Shown here piece by piece: positions 26,372 to 33,646 of a DNA stretch of 64,000 nt. The DNA comes from Candidatus Nanoarchaeia archaeon (GTDB lineage: Archaea > Nanobdellota > Nanobdellia > SCGC-AAA011-G17 > JAFCDX01). Both the position numbers and the translations under genes were made by a program. The notes under the pieces were generated by a model, which saw nothing but the letters and a program-made list of their open reading frames with translations, was not told where the DNA came from and did not search any database. The stretch's first letter is position 1, and each line of letters starts with the position of its first letter. The stretch spans positions 639,286-703,285 of the forward strand of contig JBAZJB010000001.1 in assembly GCA_041651575.1 (NCBI GenBank), read 5' to 3'.

Positions 26372-26709
26372 AAAGAGATATGAATTTATTTATAGATGAT
26401 ATCTTAAAAAGTATAAAAAATATAGAAGAATTTACAAAAGGATTAACCAAAGAAAAATTTTCTAAAGATAATTTAAGGCAGAGTGCAACCATAAGAGAAT
26501 TAGAGATCATAGGAGAAGCATCCAAAAATATTTCTCCATCAATAAAAGAAAAATATTCAAATACACCTTGGAAAGATATAGCTGGATTTAGAGATATACT
26601 AAGTCACGCTTATTTTGGTGTAAATATAGATAGAGTATGGCGTATAATTAAAGAAGATTTACCTTTATTAGAAAAACAAATTAATAAAATAAAAGAAGAA
26701 TTAAATTAG
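26368..26709 (+). CDS. hepT: HepT-type HEPN (DUF86) toxin-like protein
   Basis: FRDILSHAYFGV carries the Rx4HxY motif. 4-nt overlap with the MNT gene. Confidence 0.85.
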   Translation: MKRDMNLFIDDILKSIKNIEEFTKGLTKEKFSKDNLRQSATIRELEIIGEASKNISPSIKEKYSNTPWKDIAGFRDILSHAYFGVNIDRVWRIIKEDLPLLEKQINKIKEELN

Positions 26710-26753
26710 TTTTTGAGACACTTTTCCTAAAAGTTCCAAACGCTAACAAACTC
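26710..26753. repeat. direct repeat R2, copy b
   Basis: TTTTTGAGACACTTTTCCTAAAAGTTCCAAACGCTAACAAACTC. Lies between the hepT stop and the map stop. Confidence 0.85.
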
Positions 26754-27636
26754 ACTTTGTAACAACAACAGGTTTTTCATCAACGATTATAGTATGTTCT
26801 GTCTGAGCAACCAAACCTTTTGACCTTTCAACCAATATATTATACTGCTGTATTATTCCTTCTCTTTCTAAATTATTCAAAGCCAAAGTTAATTTTAATA
26901 TATTAAATTTTTTACTCAAATCTCTTTTAGAAAAAGGTAATGTCTTATACTTTTCTTTAATATACTTTAAAACTTCTCTAGAACCAGAATCTCTAATAGG
27001 TTTATCAGGATCTTCAAGAGAATAAACTTCAGAATTTTTCCCATCCATAACAATTCCATCTCCATATGTTGTAAAAGGTTCACAAGCAAAGACCATTCCT
27101 TTTTCAAGAACAGTTTGATTGTTATTATCATAATTAGGAATGTTAATTCCTGTATGTATCTCATAAACACCAACACCATGACCAGCAAGATTCCTAATAG
27201 GGCTTAAATTATATTTTTTAATTGTAGTTTCAATAACTTTACCTATTTCACAGACTTTTGTTCCAGGAGTAAATAACTTAATAGCATTATCAAGAGCTTC
27301 TTCAGAGGCTTTAATCAAGTCTTTATTTTTAGTACTATTAACTTCTACAGTGCAGGCAGTATCTGTAACACAACCATTTACCTGTGCTCCAAGATCAATC
27401 TTGACAATATCTCCTTTTTTCAAGGTTCTTTCATCTTTTATTTTAGGAGAATCATGAGCTGCAATGAAATTAATAGAAACATCACAAGGAAAAGACAATT
27501 CTCCACCAAGACTTCTTATTTTAGCTTCAATTTTTTCAGCAATTTCTAAAACAGAAGCATTTTCTTTAATCAAACTTCTACCATATTCTCTTGCTTGTGA
27601 AGCAATTTTTCCTGCTTTTATGAAATCTTGATTCAT
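26752..27636 (-). CDS. map: methionine aminopeptidase, type 2 (archaeal)
   Basis: Pita-bread fold with the archaeal insertion. Motifs DIVKIDLGAQVNG, AGHGVG, FACEPF. 294 aa. Confidence 0.9.
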   Translation of the reverse strand: MNQDFIKAGKIASQAREYGRSLIKENASVLEIAEKIEAKIRSLGGELSFPCDVSINFIAAHDSPKIKDERTLKKGDIVKIDLGAQVNGCVTDTACTVEVNSTKNKDLIKASEEALDNAIKLFTPGTKVCEIGKVIETTIKKYNLSPIRNLAGHGVGVYEIHTGINIPNYDNNNQTVLEKGMVFACEPFTTYGDGIVMDGKNSEVYSLEDPDKPIRDSGSREVLKYIKEKYKTLPFSKRDLSKKFNILKLTLALNNLEREGIIQQYNILVERSKGLVAQTEHTIIVDEKPVVVTK

Positions 27637-27688
27637 ATAATAAAAACCGTGAAAGAATTAATAAAACTATCGCATAAAAGGATTATGG

Positions 27689-27727
27689 GGTGACCACAAA
27701 ATAGGAAGGTTTATAAATGTGGTCACC
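27689..27727 (+). promoter_or_regulatory. perfect 9-bp inverted repeat bracketing the fic TATA box (operator candidate)
   Basis: GGTGACCAC (27689-27697), 21-nt spacer, GTGGTCACC (27719-27727). The spacer contains GGTTTATAAAT. ATG at 27739. Confidence 0.55.
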
Positions 27728-27738
27728 TTATATAATAT

Positions 27739-28662
27739 ATGTTCATAGAAAAAAGAAAAGATGGAAAGAAAGTAAAATATTATCTTGTTTATTCTTATAG
27801 ACAAAAATCTCAAGTTAATAAAATTAGAAAGTATTTGGGGTTTAACCTTTCACATGAAGAATTACAAAAGAAAAAAGCTGTGGAAGAAAAACAGATAGAA
27901 AAAGAATTAGAAAAATTAAATACAAAAGTATTCAACTTTTCCTTATCAAAAAAACAATTAAGACAACTAAACGAATATGATAAACAAATAAAGATTCATC
28001 ATTTGAATTACAAACAATGGGAGAAATTTACAGAAGAATTTACTTATAACACAAATGCAATAGAAGGATCTTTAGTTTCCTTAAATGAAGTTCCTGAAAT
28101 TTTGTATAAACCAAAAGCAGAAGATAGTGAAGAAATTGAAACCAAAGGTGTGGCAAAGGCAGTAGAATTTATAAGAACCACTAAAGAAGATTTATCCTTA
28201 GAATTATTAAAAAAATTACATAAATTATGCTTTGAAGGATCAAAATCTTTTGCTGGAGAATTTAGAAATGTAGAAGTAGTTATTCAAAATGGAAGAGGAG
28301 AAATAATTCATGCAGGAGTTCCTGTTAAAAAACTTAAAAATGCCTTAAATGATTTAGTTAGTTGGTATAAACAAAATAAAAATAAATTTAAACCTCTTGT
28401 TTTGGCAGCAATAATTCATAATCAATTTGAACATATACACCCCTTCCAAGATGGGAATGGTAGAGTTGGAAGATTGTTGTTAAATTTTATATTATTAAAA
28501 AACAAATATCCTCCAATAAATATCTCTTTTGAAGATAGAAGGGAATATTACCTTACTTTAGAACAATATTCAAAACATAGAAGTTTAAGAGAAACAATGT
28601 CTTTTTTAATTAAACAATACAATAAAACTTTAAAACAGGTGTCCACAAAACCTAAAAAATAA
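27739..28662 (+). CDS. fic: Fic-domain protein with ~40-aa N-terminal extension
   Basis: HPFQDGNGRVGRLL matches the Fic motif HxFx(D/E)GNGRxxR. Confidence 0.9.
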   Translation: MFIEKRKDGKKVKYYLVYSYRQKSQVNKIRKYLGFNLSHEELQKKKAVEEKQIEKELEKLNTKVFNFSLSKKQLRQLNEYDKQIKIHHLNYKQWEKFTEEFTYNTNAIEGSLVSLNEVPEILYKPKAEDSEEIETKGVAKAVEFIRTTKEDLSLELLKKLHKLCFEGSKSFAGEFRNVEVVIQNGRGEIIHAGVPVKKLKNALNDLVSWYKQNKNKFKPLVLAAIIHNQFEHIHPFQDGNGRVGRLLLNFILLKNKYPPINISFEDRREYYLTLEQYSKHRSLRETMSFLIKQYNKTLKQVSTKPKK

Positions 28663-28725
28663 GAAAAAGTGGTCACCTCGAATCTTACCCTCTACATTTA
28701 TTTTTTTAATTGTAGTGGGTAAAAC
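28638..28725. repeat. direct repeat R3, copy a (includes last 8 fic codons, an inverted repeat and a hairpin)
   Basis: 88 nt, roughly 90 percent identical (hand alignment) to 29544-29631. Confidence 0.9.
28685..28722. terminator. 12-bp stem hairpin with T-rich loop downstream of fic
   Basis: TTACCCTCTACA / TGTAGTGGGTAA with one T-T mismatch and a 14-nt T-rich loop. Confidence 0.55.
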
Positions 28726-29002
28726 TCTCTAGAATAAAGATATCATCTAATTCTATTAGTTTTTTCACTTTTTGATCTTTTATATTTAATTTATATAATT
28801 TATTCTTGCCTAATTTTCTATTAAAGACAATTATTTTATTTTTAATTAAATCATTCCAAATTTTACGAAGTTTTATTTTTCTTACGTTTACATTTTTAGA
28901 TATATCTATAATTGAAAAATCTATTTCTCTTTCTGTCAACAAGTAATCCAATACTCTATTTACTGGATAGTTTCCCATAAAATCAATAAATATTGATGGC
29001 AT
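28706..29002 (-). CDS. small winged-helix-like protein
   Basis: 98-aa ORF. The segment NRVLDYLLTEREIDFSIIDISKNVNVRKIKLRKIWNDLIKNKIIV looks HTH-like. Weak call. Confidence 0.35.
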   Translation of the reverse strand: MPSIFIDFMGNYPVNRVLDYLLTEREIDFSIIDISKNVNVRKIKLRKIWNDLIKNKIIVFNRKLGKNKLYKLNIKDQKVKKLIELDDIFILESFTHYN

Positions 29003-29011
29003 TTTTCCTCC

Positions 29012-29263
29012 TTAATCTTTATAAAATTTCTTTCTAGGACCTACTTTAAGAACAATAAGTCTTTTCTCTTTAAAGTCAACATCTATTTCTGCTCTATATT
29101 TTCCAATCTTCAGCTTAAATCCCCTAATTTCAATTAAAGGTTCTAAATATCTAAAAGGCTCTTCTTTGCAATCTTGTATTTTATTCCAGATTCTTTCTTT
29201 TATTTGTCTATCTAACTTATTCAGTTCTTCTAAAGCCCTCTTTTCAAATATTACAGTATACAT
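29012..29263 (-). CDS. relE: RelE/ParE-superfamily toxin
   Basis: 83 aa. MYTVIFEKRALEELNKLDRQIKERIWNKI...FKLKIGKYRAEIDVDFKEKRLIVLKVGPRKKFY is the typical archaeal RelE layout. Confidence 0.72.
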   Translation of the reverse strand: MYTVIFEKRALEELNKLDRQIKERIWNKIQDCKEEPFRYLEPLIEIRGFKLKIGKYRAEIDVDFKEKRLIVLKVGPRKKFYKD

Positions 29264-29500
29264 TTAGATACCTAAAATTTTCTTTGCTTCGTCTTCAGTA
29301 TAGAATTCTCCTTTTTTCACTCTTTCTCTGGCTTCTTTTATCTCTTGTATTGTTTTTTGACTTAATTTTGGTTGTTTTTCACAAGTTTTTATGATATAAA
29401 CTATCTTTCTAATTACTTCGTCATAACTTTCGTTTTTGTATTCTCTAAATCTGTCTAATTCTACTTTTGTTCCTTGATCTAGTTTGATTGTAGTTTGCAT
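29264..29500 (-). CDS. cognate antitoxin candidate
   Basis: 78-aa ORF abutting relE with no spacer. C-terminal EIKEARERVKKGEFYTEDEAKKILGI is typical of small antitoxins. Confidence 0.5.
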   Translation of the reverse strand: MQTTIKLDQGTKVELDRFREYKNESYDEVIRKIVYIIKTCEKQPKLSQKTIQEIKEARERVKKGEFYTEDEAKKILGI

Positions 29501-29543
29501 ATACTTAGGTATACCAAGGTATATTTAAATCTTTCTATTAAGG

Positions 29544-29631
29544 GGTGTCCACAAAACATAAAAAATAAGAAAAAGTGGTCATCTCGAATCTTACCCTTTA
29601 CATTTAGTTTTTTAATTTGTAAAGGGTAAAC
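29544..29631. repeat. direct repeat R3, copy b
   Basis: Retains a fic-tail-like frame (VSTKHKK*), the inverted repeat GGTGTCCAC...GTGGTCATC, and a perfect 12-bp hairpin. Lies between the antitoxin promoter and the polB stop. Confidence 0.9.
29591..29629. terminator. perfect 12-bp hairpin downstream of polB (minus strand)
   Basis: TTACCCTTTACA / TGTAAAGGGTAA. One C-G to T-A compensatory change relative to copy a. Confidence 0.55.
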
Positions 29632-29642
29632 ATTAATTTATT

Positions 29643-32045
29643 TTATTTGAAATCTTGTAAAGTAGATTGTTCTTGTATTAATATTTGTTCCTTTTTCACT
29701 CCAAATACTTCAAATATCTTTTCTACACAAGGAAGAACTTGGTTATTTATATAATAATCTGTATCATATTCTTTTTCTCTGCATTCAGATGGTATTTTAG
29801 ATCTGTCTCTTATCATTCCTTTTCCTTCTGTAACAATAAACCAGATAGGGCTTCCAATTGATATTTTCTTTCCTTGTTCCTGCATTTTTCTTGCAACAGC
29901 AACATGAGGACCTATTTGTTCATAATCTTCTAGATTTTTCTTTAATTGTGTTTGAATTATTAACTCTTTTAATAAAACTTCTTTGTCTTTTATTTTTTTA
30001 AGTATATTTTTTGTATATTCTAGTGCTTCTGTAGGATTTCCTTTTTCTAATATCAAAGTTAGAACTTGTTTTTGTGTTTCTCTTGCTATTTTACTCCAAT
30101 CTCTTCTAACAGTTTCAAATCCAGTTAATTTAATATTTCCACATTCATCAATCAAAGCATATTTTTTCTTTGCACCCTGCATTGTTGTTTTTTTAGAGAC
30201 AAAAATTCCTAAGGGATAAAAATCATCAAACTCAAGCTCCATTAAACTAGGTAATTCTCTATTAATTTCTTCTACAACAGCAAAAGCTTCATCTTTGGTT
30301 TTGTTTTGTAGTTCTACTGCAACAGAATCTGTATCAGAATATAAAACATTAAATCCTTCTTTCTTAAATTTAGTTATTGTTTCTTTTATATATTCTCTTG
30401 CCCAAGCAGTAATAGAAGAAGCACACTCTCTGCAATACCATCTTGCTCCGAAAAATCCCATATAACCATAACAGGAATTTGCTACTGTCTTTAATGCATA
30501 AGATCTTGCTTCTAGCACTGGGTTTGTCTCTTGTCTTATTAGTTCTTTTACTCTATTTCTTCTTAAAATCAAATCTTTAATAACAGATGGAATAAAAGCT
30601 TCTTTTTTATTGCTAAAGAAATAAGTTTTCATTGTTCCTTGTTCATTTATTTCAGGAGATTCATAACCTTCTGATTTATTTAACATAGAAGGACAGACAT
30701 TTTTAGAAACAATTATACTAGGATATAAACTCATGAAGTCAAATACAATTATATTTTTATAAAATCCAGGAACAGGTTCCATTACAGAAGCCCCTTGATA
30801 AGTGTACATTCTTCTATCATGAATATCTGCATGTCCTGGTTGATTTGGAATTAATTCATTTAAATCAAGAGCACATTTAATTAAATAATTTTCAACAAGT
30901 TTACCGTAGGACATTCTGCAGATATCAAATAGAGGTAATCCAATTAATTTTACTAATTCTTGTAAGTTAGGTAAGATTTTTTTATAAACATCATAAGTTA
31001 ATTTAGAATCATGCAAATTATATTCACAAATTTGTTTTATATCTTCTAAATCTTCCTTAGACCACATATCATCTAGTTTGTCCATTCCAATATCTAATTT
31101 TTTATCTTTCAATAATTCATAAGCAACATTATTCAAGCTGTAAGAATCAAATTTTAAAGAACCTGCCATTATTTTCTTGATAAACTGCATAATATCTAGA
31201 TGAATAATACCTTTTATTTTTGCAGCAGGATACATCCCACGAGAAATTTTAACTTGTGTTCCATCTAAACCCATATCTAAAGGAATTCCTAAGTCTCTTG
31301 CTCTTTGTACTAAGAAAGGAAAATCAAATCCATCAGAATTATAACCGATTATGCAGTCTGGCTTGTATTCATTTAAAATTTCCTTGAATCTCTCTAATAA
31401 ATCAGCTTCACTATTTACAAATTCTATATCTTCATGCTGATTGAATTTTTTCCAGGTAATAACTTTCTTAAAATTATCTCCATAACATGATAAAGAAATA
31501 ATTTCAGAGTCTTCTGTATTAAAGGAATAAACTTCTATATCAAATGCAAGGGCTTTTAGATTAACAATTTCATCTTGAGCTACTTCAGAAACTTTTCCTT
31601 CAACAATTACTCCAAATTCATTCTGTTTTAAATCGCCTTCAACTTCACAAAGAGTTAAAGGAGTTATTTTTCTATCTCTTAAATATTTTTTATAGAATTT
31701 TATATCATATTCTAATAATTTAGTAATTCCTAATTCCTTTAACATATCTTTTATTACAGGCAAGGCATCAGAACTATTAACAGAAACTTTAATTGTTTTT
31801 ATAGGATTGTCTAAATATAATTTATCTTCAATTTCTGCTTTGATAACATAACTATCTTCATGTTTAATTGCTTCAATTTTAGCTTTTAGTTTGTTAAAAT
31901 CCTCTTTTTCATTAGGTACTGCATAGAAATATGGCTTTAGAGAATGATCTAGTACGATTATTTTCCTATTATCTTCTGTTTTTCCAAATATCCTTATCCC
32001 AGATTTATAGTCTATATCTAAAGGATAGAACCTTATCTTAGCCAT
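29643..32045 (-). CDS. polB: family B DNA polymerase
   Basis: Exo I LAFDIEVYS. Motif A DFMSLYPSIIV. Motif C VLYSDTDSVAV. 800 aa with no intein-sized insertion. Confidence 0.95.
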   Translation of the reverse strand: MAKIRFYPLDIDYKSGIRIFGKTEDNRKIIVLDHSLKPYFYAVPNEKEDFNKLKAKIEAIKHEDSYVIKAEIEDKLYLDNPIKTIKVSVNSSDALPVIKDMLKELGITKLLEYDIKFYKKYLRDRKITPLTLCEVEGDLKQNEFGVIVEGKVSEVAQDEIVNLKALAFDIEVYSFNTEDSEIISLSCYGDNFKKVITWKKFNQHEDIEFVNSEADLLERFKEILNEYKPDCIIGYNSDGFDFPFLVQRARDLGIPLDMGLDGTQVKISRGMYPAAKIKGIIHLDIMQFIKKIMAGSLKFDSYSLNNVAYELLKDKKLDIGMDKLDDMWSKEDLEDIKQICEYNLHDSKLTYDVYKKILPNLQELVKLIGLPLFDICRMSYGKLVENYLIKCALDLNELIPNQPGHADIHDRRMYTYQGASVMEPVPGFYKNIIVFDFMSLYPSIIVSKNVCPSMLNKSEGYESPEINEQGTMKTYFFSNKKEAFIPSVIKDLILRRNRVKELIRQETNPVLEARSYALKTVANSCYGYMGFFGARWYCRECASSITAWAREYIKETITKFKKEGFNVLYSDTDSVAVELQNKTKDEAFAVVEEINRELPSLMELEFDDFYPLGIFVSKKTTMQGAKKKYALIDECGNIKLTGFETVRRDWSKIARETQKQVLTLILEKGNPTEALEYTKNILKKIKDKEVLLKELIIQTQLKKNLEDYEQIGPHVAVARKMQEQGKKISIGSPIWFIVTEGKGMIRDRSKIPSECREKEYDTDYYINNQVLPCVEKIFEVFGVKKEQILIQEQSTLQDFK

Positions 32046-32133
32046 CTATAAAAGGGCATAAAAAGGCTTATTAAGCTTGTTAAAATTAGGTCTTATATAA
32101 TGATGTAACTTTAAAGTAGTAAAGATAGAAAGG

Positions 32134-32142
32134 TTTATAAAT
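32134..32142 (+). promoter_or_regulatory. representative TATA box (AGGTTTATAAAT) 28 nt before the ATG at 32162
   Basis: The same GGTTTATAAAT-like box recurs 25-30 nt upstream of many start codons here, for example before 27739, 53223 and 54079. Confidence 0.5.
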
Positions 32143-32161
32143 ATAAAACCCTTCTTAAATT

Positions 32162-32587
32162 ATGCCACATTTAACACCAGAACAAATTCGTGAAAAGAAA
32201 ATAAAACAATATTTAGTTAAAAATTACTATCAAGATTTACCACAAAATTCAGAAGTTCAAAGAAAATTAGTTTCATTTTTCTATCCAAGATTATATGCTC
32301 AAGGAAAAGGAAACAAAGTTCCTACTCAAAATGCATGTAGAGAAAGAGTTTTTCAAGTAGCAAGAAAAATATGGAAAGAAGTTAAAATTGCTGATTTTTC
32401 TGATTTTAGTTTAGATGAAAAATTACTTTTAGATACTGAAGCAAAATCAATAATGGATCAAAATACTGATCTTGGAGAAACTGTAGGAAAATATATGGAA
32501 TTAAACTGGAGAAATGAAGAATTTATAACTGCTTTCAAGAAAGTAATTCATAATCCTAATTATTTTGGTTATAGACCTGGAGAATAA
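32162..32587 (+). CDS. hypothetical protein
   Basis: 141-aa ORF between polB and fen1. No motif recognised. Confidence 0.4.
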   Translation: MPHLTPEQIREKKIKQYLVKNYYQDLPQNSEVQRKLVSFFYPRLYAQGKGNKVPTQNACRERVFQVARKIWKEVKIADFSDFSLDEKLLLDTEAKSIMDQNTDLGETVGKYMELNWRNEEFITAFKKVIHNPNYFGYRPGE

Positions 32588-32624
32588 TCAAAACTTATAT
32601 AAATTTGATTTCTTTATTTTATTA

Positions 32625-33644
32625 ATGGGAGTTAAGCTCGGAGATTTAGTTTTAAAGCAAGATATTACTTTTGAAGAATTAAAAGGAAAAGTAATTGCTA
32701 TAGATGCTTCTAATGTTATTTATCAATTCTTATCTTCTATTAGACAACAAGATGGAACACCTTTGATGGATTCCAAAGGCAATGTAACTTCACATTTAGT
32801 TGGATTATTTTCAAGAACTTGCAATTTAATGGAAAAAGGATTAAAGATTTGTTATGTTTTTGATGGAAAACCTCCTTTACTAAAATTAAATACAAATACA
32901 TTAAGAGCTGCAAGAAAAGAATTAGCTCAGGAAAAATATGAAAAAGCAAAAGCAGAAGATAATATTGAAGAAATGTCCAAATATTCTAAACAAAATATAA
33001 AAGTAAATGCAAAAATAATTGAAGAAGCTAAAGAATTAGTGACTTATTTGGGTTTGCCTGTTATTCAAGCTCCAAGCGAAGCAGAAGCACAAGCATCTTT
33101 CATGTGTGAGCAAGGAGATGTTTATGGAGTAGGTTCACAAGATTTTGATTCTTTACTTTTTAATGCTCCAAGATTAATACAAAATTTAACTTTATCTAAT
33201 AAAAGAAGATTGCCTTCTGGTTCTTTTATTTGGATTAAGCCTCAAGTTATTAATTTAAAAGAAAATTTAAAACATTTAGAAATAAATCAAGATCAATTGA
33301 TTATTATGTGTATTTTATGTGGAACAGATTACAATCCTGGTGGTGTAAAAGGTATTGGTCCTAAGACTGCATTAAAATTAGTTCAACAACACAAAGATTT
33401 TGATGAAATATTTAAAGAAGTGAAAGCAGATTTTAACTGGAAAGAGATTTATGCTACGTTCAAGTCAATGCCTATAATGAAAAATTATCAATTAAAATGG
33501 AATGATATTGATGAATATAAATTAAAAAAATTATTAATTGATGAGCATGAGTTTTCAGAAGAAAGAATTAATAATACTTTAGATAAATTAAAACACGTTA
33601 AGAAAGAAAAAGAACAGAAAGATTTAGATAAATGGTTTAAGTAG
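32625..33644 (+). CDS. fen1: flap endonuclease 1
   Basis: MGVKLGDLV start. AIDASNVIYQFL, YVFDGKPP, APSEAEAQ, GTDYNPGGVKGIGPKTA. The ATG at 32625 has a TATA box about 25 nt upstream; the track start 32565 overlaps the previous ORF. Confidence 0.92.
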   Translation: MGVKLGDLVLKQDITFEELKGKVIAIDASNVIYQFLSSIRQQDGTPLMDSKGNVTSHLVGLFSRTCNLMEKGLKICYVFDGKPPLLKLNTNTLRAARKELAQEKYEKAKAEDNIEEMSKYSKQNIKVNAKIIEEAKELVTYLGLPVIQAPSEAEAQASFMCEQGDVYGVGSQDFDSLLFNAPRLIQNLTLSNKRRLPSGSFIWIKPQVINLKENLKHLEINQDQLIIMCILCGTDYNPGGVKGIGPKTALKLVQQHKDFDEIFKEVKADFNWKEIYATFKSMPIMKNYQLKWNDIDEYKLKKLLIDEHEFSEERINNTLDKLKHVKKEKEQKDLDKWFK

Positions 33645-33646
33645 GA

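Noticed and set aside
25451-29631. Direct repeats R2 and R3 as a possible CRISPR array or integron attC sites
   Set aside because: There are only two copies of each, separated by 0.8-1.2 kb of protein-coding DNA. There is no regular repeat-spacer periodicity. No cas or intI gene occurs in the window.
11454-29642. Search for an integrase, transposase or other recombinase to explain the cassette-like insertions
   Set aside because: No ORF shows tyrosine-recombinase (R...HxxR...Y), serine-recombinase or DDE-like motifs by eye. The absence is reported as part of a finding, not as a feature. Profile searches are needed to be sure.
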